DNA of 64,000 nt, from NCBI GenBank assembly GCA_018434685.1, contig JAHDOV010000003.1:28302-92301 (forward strand), in the 5' to 3' direction. Numbering within the stretch: position 1 is the first letter of the stretch; each line of letters starts with the position of its first letter. The translations under genes and the position numbers were made by a program. Under the pieces are notes generated by a model that was not told the origin of the DNA, made no database searches, and worked only from the letters and a program-made list of their open reading frames with translations. Below are positions 19,062 to 29,113 of this stretch, piece after piece. This stretch comes from Deltaproteobacteria bacterium. GTDB taxonomy: Bacteria; Desulfobacterota; Desulfomonilia; UBA1062.

Positions 19062-20027
19062 TTAGCCTCTCGGGGTTGTCCACGAACCGTACGAGGTCCC
19101 CTTGAGCTCGTTTATATACTGCTCTGCCGCGAATGCCGCTGTCGCTCCGTCTCCGCAGGCCGTCACCACCTGCCGCAGGAGTTTTTTCGTACAGTCTCCG
19201 CAGGCAAAGATCCCCTCGGCCGAGGTTTGCATCCACTCGTCCGCCCTGATGTAGCCGGCGTCATCGAATTCCACGATGCCGCCGAGGAATGCGGTATTGG
19301 GGATATTCCCGGTAAAGACGAACACCCCCTCGGCGTCGATGGTCTTTTTCTTTTCCGGGTCATTGGCATCCCGGATGACGATACCCCTGACCACGGTGTC
19401 GCCGATGATTTCGTCGGCCACGGCGTTCCATTCGAAACGGATCTTTTCGTTGGCGAAGGCCCGTTCCTGGAGGATGGCCGTTGCCCGCAGCCTGTCCCGG
19501 CGGTGGACGATGGTCACCGTGCGGGCGAACCGGGTGAGGAACAGTGCCTCCTGAACGGCGGTATCTCCTCCTCCCACCACGACCACGTCGCTGCCCCGGT
19601 AGAACGGCCCGTCGCACGTGGCGCAGTAGGAAACCCCCTTGCCGGTGTACTCGGTTTCCCCGGGGACGTCCAGGTGTGCATACTCGGTGCCCGTGGCAAT
19701 GATGACGGCCGATGCCCGGTAGGTGTCATCGCCTGCCGTGATCTCCCAGCCCGTGGATTTTGTCCCGGTGAGGCGTGACAGGGAGGTGACATCCTTTTCC
19801 ACGGTCTCGAGGCCGAATCTCTTTGCCTGCCGGGTGAAGAGCTCGATAAGCTCCAGGCCGGTTATTCCCTCCGGGAAGCCGGGATAGTTCTCAACCAGGT
19901 CCGTCGTGGTGATGAGGCTCGGGCTGAATGCGCTCGTGATCATGAGCGTCTTCATATTCGCCCGCGATGCGTAAATCCCTGCAGTCAGCCCCGCAGGTCC
20001 TGAACCTATGATGATGATGTCGTACAT
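19062..20027 (-). CDS. trxB: Thioredoxin-disulfide reductase
   Basis: FAD motif GSGPAG, redox CATC, and the NADPH motif GGGDTA. Confidence 0.93.
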   Translation of the reverse strand: MYDIIIIGSGPAGLTAGIYASRANMKTLMITSAFSPSLITTTDLVENYPGFPEGITGLELIELFTRQAKRFGLETVEKDVTSLSRLTGTKSTGWEITAGDDTYRASAVIIATGTEYAHLDVPGETEYTGKGVSYCATCDGPFYRGSDVVVVGGGDTAVQEALFLTRFARTVTIVHRRDRLRATAILQERAFANEKIRFEWNAVADEIIGDTVVRGIVIRDANDPEKKKTIDAEGVFVFTGNIPNTAFLGGIVEFDDAGYIRADEWMQTSAEGIFACGDCTKKLLRQVVTACGDGATAAFAAEQYINELKGTSYGSWTTPRG

Positions 20028-20031
20028 GCGC

Positions 20032-20310
20032 TTATCCTTTCTCTGATTTTTCCAGCAACTCCAGGAGTCTCTGGATCTTTTCGGGCTCCCTGAGGAAATA
20101 GCACTTCACGTTGCCCTTGCGGATGCAGTCCACGATGCCGTTGACCTTGAGAATGGAGAGGTGCTGGGACGTATTCGCCTGGCTGATGTGGAGCGATGTC
20201 TCCACCTCGCCCACGCATTTCTGGCCCGCCATGAGTTCGCGGGCGATGCGCAGTCTCACCGGGTGGCCGAGGGCCTTCAGGTACGATGCCATGGTCTCGT
20301 TCTGCGGCAT
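20032..20310 (-). CDS. ArsR/SmtB-family transcriptional regulator
   Basis: HTH region LKALGHPVRLRIARELMAGQKCVGEV...LHISQANTSQHLSIL. Confidence 0.85.
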   Translation of the reverse strand: MPQNETMASYLKALGHPVRLRIARELMAGQKCVGEVETSLHISQANTSQHLSILKVNGIVDCIRKGNVKCYFLREPEKIQRLLELLEKSEKG

Positions 20311-20446
20311 TAGGACTCCTTTTACTGCCTAGTATATAATCATATTATTATATTCTTATCGGCTTGTTGTCAAGCCTTGATTTTTCCCCCACTTCGAGTA
20401 GTATGTAATAAACAGAAAATAAAACAGTTTGCGCGGGGGTCAAGAT

Positions 20447-20986
20447 ATGAAGAGATCAATCCTTGTTGTTTTCCTGTGCATGTTCATACCGGCTCTCTGC
20501 CAGGCAGAGGGGTATGTCTTTGTCAATTACGGCATCGGGGGCGAAATCGATGAGCCGAGTCTCGGGGTAGAGATGGGCGGGATCTTCCTCTCATACCTGC
20601 ACCCAACCGGCGGTGCGCTGAGTCTCGGTATCGGGGTCAGCGTGGGGGATACCGACGAAGATCCGCCGTCGGGTTCGGTGCCCTTGACGCCTGCGCCGTC
20701 ATACACGTCGCTGAAGGACTACAATGACGGCAACGAACAGGAGGTATACCTGAGCTTCGGTGCGGAGATGACCCCGTCGTTCTTCGCCGTTGCCGGCCTG
20801 GGATATGCCAGCCAGAACACCGCCACCATCGGGGTCTTTGAAGGCCAGGCCTATGAAGTCGATACGGACAAGGACAAGAATGTCACCTGGATGCTCGGGA
20901 TGCGCTATGTTATCGAGGGACTCAATCTCGGGTTGGGATACCATTCCAGGCGGGGCATCCTGGCAGGCCTGGGCATAGCCTTTTAG
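20447..20986 (+). CDS. Small outer-membrane beta-barrel protein
   Basis: Signal peptide, alternating amphipathic beta-strands, and a C-terminal aromatic (…GLGIAF). Start chosen at the Met after the GGGGG RBS. Confidence 0.6.
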   Translation: MKRSILVVFLCMFIPALCQAEGYVFVNYGIGGEIDEPSLGVEMGGIFLSYLHPTGGALSLGIGVSVGDTDEDPPSGSVPLTPAPSYTSLKDYNDGNEQEVYLSFGAEMTPSFFAVAGLGYASQNTATIGVFEGQAYEVDTDKDKNVTWMLGMRYVIEGLNLGLGYHSRRGILAGLGIAF

Positions 20987-21120
20987 CCTGCATAGTCAGG
21001 AGAGATGAGGGTTATACGACTCATGAGGCATCCGGAAACCAGGAGCTCCCTGCTTTTCTTACGGATCGCCGCACCGCCCGAGGTGGAAAGCCCCGGTACC
21101 GCAGACGGCGACAAAATGCC

Positions 21121-22521
21121 ATGAGATGTGTCCGGCCGCTCTTGATCTCTCTGGGCATGCTGGCCTTCATGATCGCCGGCTGCGCCTCACTGAGCAGCTA
21201 CACCCGGGTGACCGAACAGGCCAGGCAGGCGATCTCCCGGGGCAGTTTTGAAGACGCGCTGAGCGTCTTTCCGGAGAAAGCGGCCAGGGGGAAAAACGAG
21301 ATACTCATCCGCCTGGAGCGGGGCGTAATTCTGCAGGCGATGGGCAGCTATGAGATGAGCGCTGCGGAATTCGAACGGGCGGCGCGCGAGATCAGGGCCT
21401 ACGAGGACCGGGCGGTCATATCCGCAACGAGAACCGCTGAACAGATGGGCTCCCTGGTGATAAACGAGCAGGTGCTGTCCTACGAAGGGGAGGATTTTGA
21501 AAAGATCCTCGTTCACGCCCTCAATGCGGTCAACTATCTCATGATGGGTAACCTGGAAGGAGCCCGGGTCGAGATCCGCAATGCATACACCAGGCAGAAG
21601 GAGTTGTACGACCGGCACGCAAAAGAACTGGAGCGGTCAAGAAAGGAAGCAGGGGGCGCGGACTGGAACCGGTCTTTCCAGGAGGCGGACAGGGAGGGAT
21701 ACAATCGTCTGAAACGCAAGGCCGACGCTGTTCAGAGCATTTATCAGAATGCCTTTGCCTACTACATCTCCGCACTCGTCTACGAGCTGAACAACGAGGA
21801 TGACGAGGCGTATATCGACGTGAAAAAGGCCATCGAGGCAGCCCCCGGGTCACGGTGCATCCAGGACGATCTGATCCGTCTCAGCCGGGAGCTCAATTTC
21901 AGAGAGGATACCGAGAAGTGGGAATCGATGTACGGAAAAGCCGGGACGAACGGGTCAGACCTGGTGGATGTGTTCGTGATATTCGGGCTCGGCCTCGCTC
22001 CGGCCCGAGAGGCGGTGAGCTTTCCCATCCCGCTGTCCGAAGGAGGGCTCGTATTCGCCTCGCTGCCGGTCTACCGGTTTATCCCTTCTGCCATTCGATA
22101 CGGAACGCTCAGCTACGACGGCCAGAGCCGGGAGACCTCCGTGCTCTCGGACACGGATGCGATCGCGGCCAGGAACCTGCTCGACAAATTCCCCATCCTC
22201 TTTGCCAAGCAGGTGGCGCGCTCCTATTTCAAGGCGCGGGCCACGAACCGGTTGTCCAGGGAATACGGCCTGATCGGTGCCCTGACCGGCACACTTGCTT
22301 CGGCGATTACGGAACAGGCAGACCTGAGGACCTGGTCTGCCATCCCCAAGGAAATCCAGGTGGCACGGGTCTTCGTGCCCGGCGACACCCGGTCCGTCTC
22401 GATTGCGGCCGTGCCGGCATCGGTGCGGCAGACCGTTGCGATCCCGGAAGGTACCAGGCATCTGATCGTGCTGTGCAGGGCCACGGATGCCGGTCTGACA
22501 ATACAAACAAGAGCATATTGA
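21121..22521 (+). CDS. Lipoprotein with N-terminal TPR-like region (conserved neighbour of YcfL/LpoB-like lipoproteins)
   Basis: Lipobox MIAGC. 466 aa. First of three consecutive lipoprotein genes. Confidence 0.55.
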   Translation: MRCVRPLLISLGMLAFMIAGCASLSSYTRVTEQARQAISRGSFEDALSVFPEKAARGKNEILIRLERGVILQAMGSYEMSAAEFERAAREIRAYEDRAVISATRTAEQMGSLVINEQVLSYEGEDFEKILVHALNAVNYLMMGNLEGARVEIRNAYTRQKELYDRHAKELERSRKEAGGADWNRSFQEADREGYNRLKRKADAVQSIYQNAFAYYISALVYELNNEDDEAYIDVKKAIEAAPGSRCIQDDLIRLSRELNFREDTEKWESMYGKAGTNGSDLVDVFVIFGLGLAPAREAVSFPIPLSEGGLVFASLPVYRFIPSAIRYGTLSYDGQSRETSVLSDTDAIAARNLLDKFPILFAKQVARSYFKARATNRLSREYGLIGALTGTLASAITEQADLRTWSAIPKEIQVARVFVPGDTRSVSIAAVPASVRQTVAIPEGTRHLIVLCRATDAGLTIQTRAY

Positions 22522-22536
22522 ACAGGAGGGCGGAGT

Positions 22537-22968
22537 ATGACAAGGCTAAAGAGCTATGTATGGTTGGTGGCACTGCTCGTGGTGGCATGTGCGGGAACAG
22601 CGCCGAATATCCTCCAGGTGCAGGCAGGTCCTGGCGGTTTGAGTTCAAAGAAGGAGGAGATCAACGACCCGTCGCTCGCGCGTCAGCTCGTCTTCGGCGA
22701 GGTGAACGTGAAGCCGCTGGACCTCGGCTCGTCCATGGAGGTCCAGGTAATGATCCAGAACATCGTCAAGCGGGACATCAAGTTCGAGTACCGGTTCATC
22801 TGGTACGATGCATCCGGTTTCGAGATATCTTCCTCCACTGCCTGGATCCCGTCATTTCTGTCGGGCAGGGAGGCCCGGGGATTCAAGTCCACCGCACCGG
22901 GACCGAATGCGGTGAGTTTCAAGGTCATGATCAGGAAGCCGCGACCCATTACCGATACGGGCTCGTAA
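22537..22968 (+). CDS. YcfL-like periplasmic lipoprotein
   Basis: Lipobox VVACAG; ~140 aa. Its position immediately upstream of the LpoB-like gene mirrors the enterobacterial ycfL-lpoB arrangement. Confidence 0.5.
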   Translation: MTRLKSYVWLVALLVVACAGTAPNILQVQAGPGGLSSKKEEINDPSLARQLVFGEVNVKPLDLGSSMEVQVMIQNIVKRDIKFEYRFIWYDASGFEISSSTAWIPSFLSGREARGFKSTAPGPNAVSFKVMIRKPRPITDTGS

Positions 22969-22991
22969 TACCCCTTTCAAGGAGGTGAAGA

Positions 22992-23594
22992 ATGGATATG
23001 AAAAGAGTGATCTATGCGATTTCAGTGAGCGTGGCCGTGCTCATCCTGGCCGGATGCGCTACCGCCCCGAAGGTCAGCTACGGAAGCCCGGAGCAGGTGG
23101 AGACGGTGACGACGGATTTCGGATCGACCGATCTGCAGGTGATAGCGGAGACCATGGTGAATTCGCTCCTGGCAACCCCGCTGTTGTCTTCCGGCCAGCG
23201 ACCTGTCCTGTATGTGCACCGGGTAAAGAACAAGACCGACGAACATATCGACACCAAGTCCATCACCGACAAGATCCGGGTAACGCTTCTGAAGTCGGGC
23301 AGGGTACGGTTCTCTGCGGTCAACGAGGTCAATGACGAGATGATCAAGCAGCTCGAATACCAGACGAGTTCCGGCATGGTGGACCCCAACACGTCGAAAT
23401 CCATCGGCCGCCAGGTGGGGGCGGACTACTTCCTCTTCGGCGAGATCACCTCCATCAAGAAGTCGGCGGGACGCGTTCAGGATGTGTACTTCAAGTTCAC
23501 CATGAACCTCGTCAACATTGAGACTGGCCTGATCGAATGGGCCGACGAAAAGGAAATCAGGAAACAGGCCAAAAAACCCCTCCTCGGCAGGTAA
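22992..23594 (+). CDS. LpoB-like penicillin-binding-protein activator lipoprotein (COG3417 family)
   Basis: Lipobox LAGCAT. Conserved FGSTDLQ...MVNSLL block and a C-terminal FLFGEI. Confidence 0.6.
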   Translation: MDMKRVIYAISVSVAVLILAGCATAPKVSYGSPEQVETVTTDFGSTDLQVIAETMVNSLLATPLLSSGQRPVLYVHRVKNKTDEHIDTKSITDKIRVTLLKSGRVRFSAVNEVNDEMIKQLEYQTSSGMVDPNTSKSIGRQVGADYFLFGEITSIKKSAGRVQDVYFKFTMNLVNIETGLIEWADEKEIRKQAKKPLLGR

Positions 23595-23824
23595 GCGTGA
23601 TCCGGCCGGGGCTTTCTCGTGCAGGGGGCTCTTGCGGGTGGGGAGGCGTTCGTACCGGGACGTGTCCTCCTGCGTCAGGCATGGATGCCCCGGCATGTCC
23701 GGGGGAGACAATGATCGTGCCTGCGCAGGGCTGTGCCGGCCGGAGATGTGGCTCCACGTTGGACTTGACTGCCCAGGGAGAAACAGATACATAGCAGGGC
23801 AAAGTAATTATTGGAGGGAAGAGC

Positions 23825-24370
23825 ATGACATGGCAAGATAAAATCGAGAAGATCACGAGCAAAACGGTACCATTATACGCAATGATAGTCCTGCTGGTGA
23901 TCTTTGCCAATCCCTCGGTGGCATCCTGCCTTGTGGGGTTCATGTTCGTTCTGGCAGGCGAGGCCCTGCGGGTCTGGGCAACAGGACATCTCAGAAAGAA
24001 TGAAGAACTTACCACCTCCGGACCCTATGCGCACCTCCAGTCACCCCTGTACCTCGGGAGTTTCATCATCGGGACGGGTATGTGCATCATGGCGAGGAAT
24101 CCGGTTATCTGGGTGCTCATGAGCATCATCTTTTTTACCTCCTACATACCGAGGAAGCAGGAGCGGGAATGGGGGAGACTGGAAAAGATGTTCGGCGAAG
24201 AATTCCTCAAGTACAAGAAGGCAGTGCGGTACTTCATGCCGACGATGGAACCGTATCCGGAAGGTGCCAAGCACCTGTGGTCCTTTGCCATGATCATCGA
24301 AAACACCGAGCACCAGACCGCCGCTGCAGTACTGTTCATCGGCTTCCTGATCGTTATCCGCCTGTTTTAA
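23825..24370 (+). CDS. Isoprenylcysteine carboxyl methyltransferase / phospholipid methyltransferase-family membrane protein
   Basis: Multi-TM protein ~180 aa. C-terminal ICMT/PEMT-like block TSGPYAHLQSPLYLG...EE..L...FGEE...Y. Confidence 0.65.
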   Translation: MTWQDKIEKITSKTVPLYAMIVLLVIFANPSVASCLVGFMFVLAGEALRVWATGHLRKNEELTTSGPYAHLQSPLYLGSFIIGTGMCIMARNPVIWVLMSIIFFTSYIPRKQEREWGRLEKMFGEEFLKYKKAVRYFMPTMEPYPEGAKHLWSFAMIIENTEHQTAAAVLFIGFLIVIRLF

Positions 24371-24597
24371 ATCCGTCTCTTCCCGGGCCTGCTGCACTAC
24401 GGGCCCGGCATCGCCGCATCGCCCGCACCAGGGATGCCGTGCGTGAAATTCCTGAGAGCCGTCCCCGAAACCGGAGGCCCGAAGAGGGCATTCATGTCGG
24501 CAGGTCTGCGTGATGCGTTGCATCTGAAGGAACTGATCGAAAAAAAGCCCGCTCCCTCCCGGCAGAAATCACAGGTGCCGCCTTCGGGTGTGGGTTC

Positions 24598-24640
24598 AGA
24601 TACTTTTACGTCCGGTCCCATGAGGACCGGACGTAAAAGT
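24598..24640. terminator. Long perfect hairpin (16-bp stem) between convergent genes
   Basis: CTTTTACGTCCGGTCC-catgag-GGACCGGACGTAAAAG lies between the ends of the methyltransferase gene (+) and ilvE (-). Confidence 0.65.
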
Positions 24641-24672
24641 GCTCGTGATCGATAGTGTGCCCCGGCCGGGGA

Positions 24673-25590
24673 TTACAGATAATCCAGCCAGTCTATGTGC
24701 TTTTTGTTGTTGCCCTTTACCACGGCAAAGAACGCATCCTGAATGGCCTTGGTGACCGGTCCGGGTTTGCCCTCGCCGATAGTCCTGTCGTCCAGCTCTC
24801 TGATCGGGGTAATTTCTGCTGCCGTTCCGGTAAAGAAGGCCTCGTCGGCAATATAGAGGGAGTCGCGCGAAAAGTGCTGTTCGCGCACTTCATAGCCCAT
24901 TTCGGACAGCAGGGTGATGACCGAGGCCCTGGTGATGCCGGGCAGCACGCTGGTCAGGGGCGGGGTGAAGACGACATTGTCTTTGACGAAAAAGATATTC
25001 TCTCCGCTGCCTTCTGCCACGTTGCCCTGGGGATCGAGCATGAGTGCCTCGTCGTAACCGACCCGGGTGACCTCCAGCTTCGAGAGGATGGAATTCACAT
25101 AATTACCGCTCACCTTCGCCTTGGTGAGCATGATGTTCGGATGGTGCCTGATGAACGAAGAGGTCTTTACCCGGATTCCCTTGCTGAGGCCGTCATCGCC
25201 GAGATATGCCCCCCATTCCCAGCAGATGATGGATACCCGGATGGGGTTTTTGCCCGGATTGACCCCCATGACCCCGTCCCCGATGAAGACGATCGGGCGA
25301 ATGTAGCACTCTTTCAGCGCGTTTGCCTTGATGGTCTGTTTGGTTGCCTCAATGATCTCATCGGTGGTGTAGGGGATGTTCATCAGGTAGATCTTTGCGG
25401 AGTCAAAGAGCCGTCTCGTGTGATCCTGGTGCCTGAATATTGCGGAGCGACCGTCGTCGCACTTGTAACATCTGACACCTTCAAAGGCAGCGACACCGTA
25501 ATGAAGGCTGTGCGTCAATATATGAACCTGAGCATCATCCCAATCGACAAGTTTTCCGTCAAGCCAGATCTTTTTCAATTTCATTACCAT
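24673..25590 (-). CDS. ilvE: Branched-chain-amino-acid aminotransferase
   Basis: Fold-type IV PLP enzyme with the typical IlvE N-terminus ([25 protein letters not shown]) and EGSGENIF...TPP. Confidence 0.92.
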   Translation of the reverse strand: MVMKLKKIWLDGKLVDWDDAQVHILTHSLHYGVAAFEGVRCYKCDDGRSAIFRHQDHTRRLFDSAKIYLMNIPYTTDEIIEATKQTIKANALKECYIRPIVFIGDGVMGVNPGKNPIRVSIICWEWGAYLGDDGLSKGIRVKTSSFIRHHPNIMLTKAKVSGNYVNSILSKLEVTRVGYDEALMLDPQGNVAEGSGENIFFVKDNVVFTPPLTSVLPGITRASVITLLSEMGYEVREQHFSRDSLYIADEAFFTGTAAEITPIRELDDRTIGEGKPGPVTKAIQDAFFAVVKGNNKKHIDWLDYL

Positions 25591-25682
25591 TGCTCATTTA
25601 CCTCACAAATATATCGTTATCTTTACCAGTCGGGGCATTATTGATCATTCTCCTCATCAGGTCAATATAAAGTTAGGTCGGG

Positions 25683-25722
25683 ATAACAAAGGGATACCAA
25701 AGGGATACCAAAGGGTTGACTC
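25683..25722 (+). promoter_or_regulatory. Direct-repeat array (CAAAGGGATAC x2.5) abutting a TTGACT -35-like hexamer in divergent ilvE/cyclase promoter region
   Basis: acAAAGGGATACCAAAGGGATACCAAAGGGTTGACT read directly. Confidence 0.35.
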
Positions 25723-25757
25723 TCGCCCCGAGGCAGTTATCCTTTAATTGAGAGGAT

Positions 25758-28700
25758 TTGATGTGTGATGATGTAATTGCGTGCCCACGCTGTGGAGTGG
25801 TTGGCGGGCGTTCGGACAGATTCTGCAGACACTGCGGCGTATCCCTGGATCACGGGGGACACGTCCGTGAATATCGCCACGTAACCGCCCTGTTCTCCGA
25901 CCTGTGTGAATATACCCCCCTGACCGAGGAACTCGAACCCGAAGAACTCAAGGATATCATGGACACCCTCTTTGCGAAGTCTGCCCACATCATTGCCGCA
26001 TACGGCGGGAGTGTGGAAAAGTTTGTGGGAGACGGGGTTGTCGCCCTGTTCGGGCTGGACGATATGCACGAGCACCATGCCGTTTCGGCAATTCACGCCG
26101 CACGGGAGATTCACGGGTTTGCCCGCGAGATTGCCGGTGAGTCGTATCCCTGCCTCGGCAGGGGAATCTCCATGCATACCGGCATCAATACCGGCCTGGT
26201 GCTCGTAGATCAGCAGTGGGATGACCGCAATGCCCACGGCGCCTTGGGCACGCCGATCAACATCGCATCCAGGCTTTCAGCCCTGGCAGGCCCGGACGAT
26301 ATACTCATCGGGGAGACGGTCATGACCGATGCGGCGCGTCATTTCACCATCGAAGGCATGGGGAAAAAGCGTCTCAAGGGTGTCCGGGAACCGATGAGGG
26401 TGTTCCGGGTCCTTTCCGCCAGAGAGGTGCCGGTAGGCATCCACCGGCAAGGCGGCATCACCTCGGGCCTGATCGGCCGAAAGAAAGAGCTCGCAGCCCT
26501 TGTGCATGCCTTCGATAACCTGCTGGAGGGGAAGGGTTCGGCGGTGTGTATACACGGGGACCCGGGCGTGGGGAAAAGCAGGCTGATACACGAGTTCAGG
26601 AAACAGGTGCCTAAGCGGACCAGATGGATACATGCCCAGTGCCTGGACCATACGAAAGACACCCCCTACTGTCCGATAACCGGCCTCGCCAGGGCCCTCC
26701 TGGGGATTCGTGAGGGAAGGGACAGCAGGGAAGAGGTGGAAGAGAAGATCAGGGCGTTTTCTTCGGATATGCGGCACAGCGCCTCCCTGATATCTCTTTG
26801 CAACGCGCAGGCCTCTGCCATGCAGGTGATGCCCGGTGAATGGAAGGCCGGGATCTGCGATGCATTCTCATGGCTGATCCGCTCTGCCGGCACTGTCTCG
26901 CCTCTTGTTGTGTGCATAGAGGATATTCACTGGGCGGACCGCTCTACCCTTGACCTGCTGGAATATCTTTTCCAGGACAGGGAGGCAGCAGGCTCGTGTC
27001 TGTTCCTCATCAGCACACGGGCCGTCTCAGAGCTGATCCCGGTTAGTGCGCACATTGGGTTGAACGATCTGGACCGGACAGAAGTTGCAGCAATGCTCGG
27101 GCACATGCTCGAGGGAAATCGTATCCCGGAGGCGGCTGTAACGTATCTGTACCGGGAAACAGGGGGGAATCCGTTCTACATCGAGGAGGTGGTCAACTAT
27201 CTTTTCGAGAAGGGCATTTCCCTGTCGCAGTGTGCTCACGGGGAGATCCCGGGCGGTGTTCCCTCGACCATTCAGGGGCTCATCGCGGCTCGTCTGCTGA
27301 ACCTCGGTGCGGAACTCAAGACGCTGCTGCAGGAGGCATCGGTAATCGGCAAGGTGTTTCCGAAGACCCTCCTGGCGGCGGTAAGTACCCGGCAGACGCA
27401 GTTCGATGCCGGCCTCTGGGGTCTTCAAGAGGCCGGGTTCATCCATGAGTCCGAATCCGGTGAATACCGCTTCCGGCATGCGCTGACCCAGGAAGTGGCC
27501 TATCAGACCCAGCTGAAGCGCCACCGGATGATGATGCACAAGAAGGTGGGCCGGGCACTGGAGCGGATGGGGCGGGCTCCGGGAGATATCTGCGACATGC
27601 TCGCCTACCATTTCGATTGTGCCGGTGAAAAAGACCTCGCGATTCAGTACAGTATCATGGCCGCCCGGAAATATCAGGCCGAGGGAGCATGGGTGGAAGC
27701 TGCCGCCCACTATAGGATCGCCGAGAAATGGCTGCTCGTGACCGCTGAGGCGGACCGTGACCGGGAAGGCCTGGCAGCAGTATGGGAAGGGATCTGGTCA
27801 TGCGCCCGTATCCTCGACCCGAACCTGGCCGTTCGGGCACTGGAATCCCTCCGAGGGCATCATGCCCGCTCTGGCGCGAGCCGGGGCGAGGCCTTTGTGC
27901 TGATCCGCCTCATCAACCTCTATTCTCAAAAGGGTCTGTTCAAAGAAGCTCTCGATACCTTTGAGCAGGCCCTTGAGAGTGCAGGGGACGATGGGATCCT
28001 CCGCAGTGCTGCGCAGACCGCTGTTGCCTACACCTACACCTATCTCGGCAGGCCGGATGTTTCTCTGGGGTATCTGAACGAGGCGAGGCCGGCCCTGGGG
28101 ACGGCGGACAGATTTCTCCTTGCCGTCAACCACCTCACGACCCTTACCGCCTATGTCTGGAAGGGCGCCGTACAGGAAGCCATGGCATGGTACTCGCAGA
28201 CGAAGGACCTCTGCGGGGACTACCTGGATCTCGAACTCATGGCGGAGATCTACCTGGGATACCTTCATTACCTCAGGGGCGATTTCCCTCGGGCGCGGCA
28301 GGTATTCGAGCTGGTGCACGCCCAGGAGAGGAAACTCGGCAGTCTTGCGGGGGGATTATCGTACCTGAGAATCCAGAGCTCCATATACTTCAATGCCCGC
28401 TATACCGGAGAGCTCGACAGGGCCGGTGAAGAGCTCAGGATGTTCGAGGCGCTCGATAACGGGATGAAGGGCTTCCCGGCGCTGATAAGCCTCTATCGCG
28501 CATGGATCGCGGTGGAGAAGGGACAGTGCGAACAGGCACGGGATCTGCTCATGATGGCGCTGCCGGTTTTCGAAGAGGGGATTGCGAACAGGGTTCCCTA
28601 TGCACTCAACGTCCTTGCCGAGGCACTGGAGACCATGGGGGACACCGAGGGGGCCGAACGGGTTGCGCTCAAGGGCATTGCCTGGAATGAACTCAACGGC

Positions 28701-28997
28701 AATCAGGATCAGCTTGTCTGGGCACTGAGGATCATGGGACGGCTCTATCTTCGCCAGGAGATGTTCGATGAGACCCGTGACGCCTTGAAGAGGGCCTCGT
28801 TTCTGGCCAGGGCGTGTTCCATGCGGCCGCACACTGCATGGACCCTGGAGTCCTGGGGAGATTATTTTCGGTCGACGGGTCAGGCAAAACGGGCGGATGC
28901 CTGTTATCACAGGGCTGTGGCCCTGTGGAGAGGGATGGCTAATCCGTATCAGGCAGGCAAACTGTCTTCACGGATTATCAACACGGGGCATTCCTGA
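25758..28997 (+). CDS. Multidomain signalling protein: N-terminal Zn-ribbon, class III adenylyl/guanylyl cyclase domain, STAND/AAA+ P-loop NTPase, C-terminal TPR repeats
   Basis: CPRCG...CRHCG zinc ribbon. Cyclase core ALFSDLCEYT...KFVGDGVVALFG. Walker A GDPGVGKSRL. Long helical TPR-like C-terminus. Confidence 0.85.
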   Translation: MMCDDVIACPRCGVVGGRSDRFCRHCGVSLDHGGHVREYRHVTALFSDLCEYTPLTEELEPEELKDIMDTLFAKSAHIIAAYGGSVEKFVGDGVVALFGLDDMHEHHAVSAIHAAREIHGFAREIAGESYPCLGRGISMHTGINTGLVLVDQQWDDRNAHGALGTPINIASRLSALAGPDDILIGETVMTDAARHFTIEGMGKKRLKGVREPMRVFRVLSAREVPVGIHRQGGITSGLIGRKKELAALVHAFDNLLEGKGSAVCIHGDPGVGKSRLIHEFRKQVPKRTRWIHAQCLDHTKDTPYCPITGLARALLGIREGRDSREEVEEKIRAFSSDMRHSASLISLCNAQASAMQVMPGEWKAGICDAFSWLIRSAGTVSPLVVCIEDIHWADRSTLDLLEYLFQDREAAGSCLFLISTRAVSELIPVSAHIGLNDLDRTEVAAMLGHMLEGNRIPEAAVTYLYRETGGNPFYIEEVVNYLFEKGISLSQCAHGEIPGGVPSTIQGLIAARLLNLGAELKTLLQEASVIGKVFPKTLLAAVSTRQTQFDAGLWGLQEAGFIHESESGEYRFRHALTQEVAYQTQLKRHRMMMHKKVGRALERMGRAPGDICDMLAYHFDCAGEKDLAIQYSIMAARKYQAEGAWVEAAAHYRIAEKWLLVTAEADRDREGLAAVWEGIWSCARILDPNLAVRALESLRGHHARSGASRGEAFVLIRLINLYSQKGLFKEALDTFEQALESAGDDGILRSAAQTAVAYTYTYLGRPDVSLGYLNEARPALGTADRFLLAVNHLTTLTAYVWKGAVQEAMAWYSQTKDLCGDYLDLELMAEIYLGYLHYLRGDFPRARQVFELVHAQERKLGSLAGGLSYLRIQSSIYFNARYTGELDRAGEELRMFEALDNGMKGFPALISLYRAWIAVEKGQCEQARDLLMMALPVFEEGIANRVPYALNVLAEALETMGDTEGAERVALKGIAWNELNGNQDQLVWALRIMGRLYLRQEMFDETRDALKRASFLARACSMRPHTAWTLESWGDYFRSTGQAKRADACYHRAVALWRGMANPYQAGKLSSRIINTGHS

Positions 28998-29113
28998 GTG
29001 CAGGACGCCCCCCGCGGTGCCTCAGAGGCACCAGGATGAGGCTTCGCCCGGCCGACAGGGGCAACCCGAATAGGTATTGCACAGAAGCCGGAGGTGTATT
29101 ATTTAAAAGGGCA

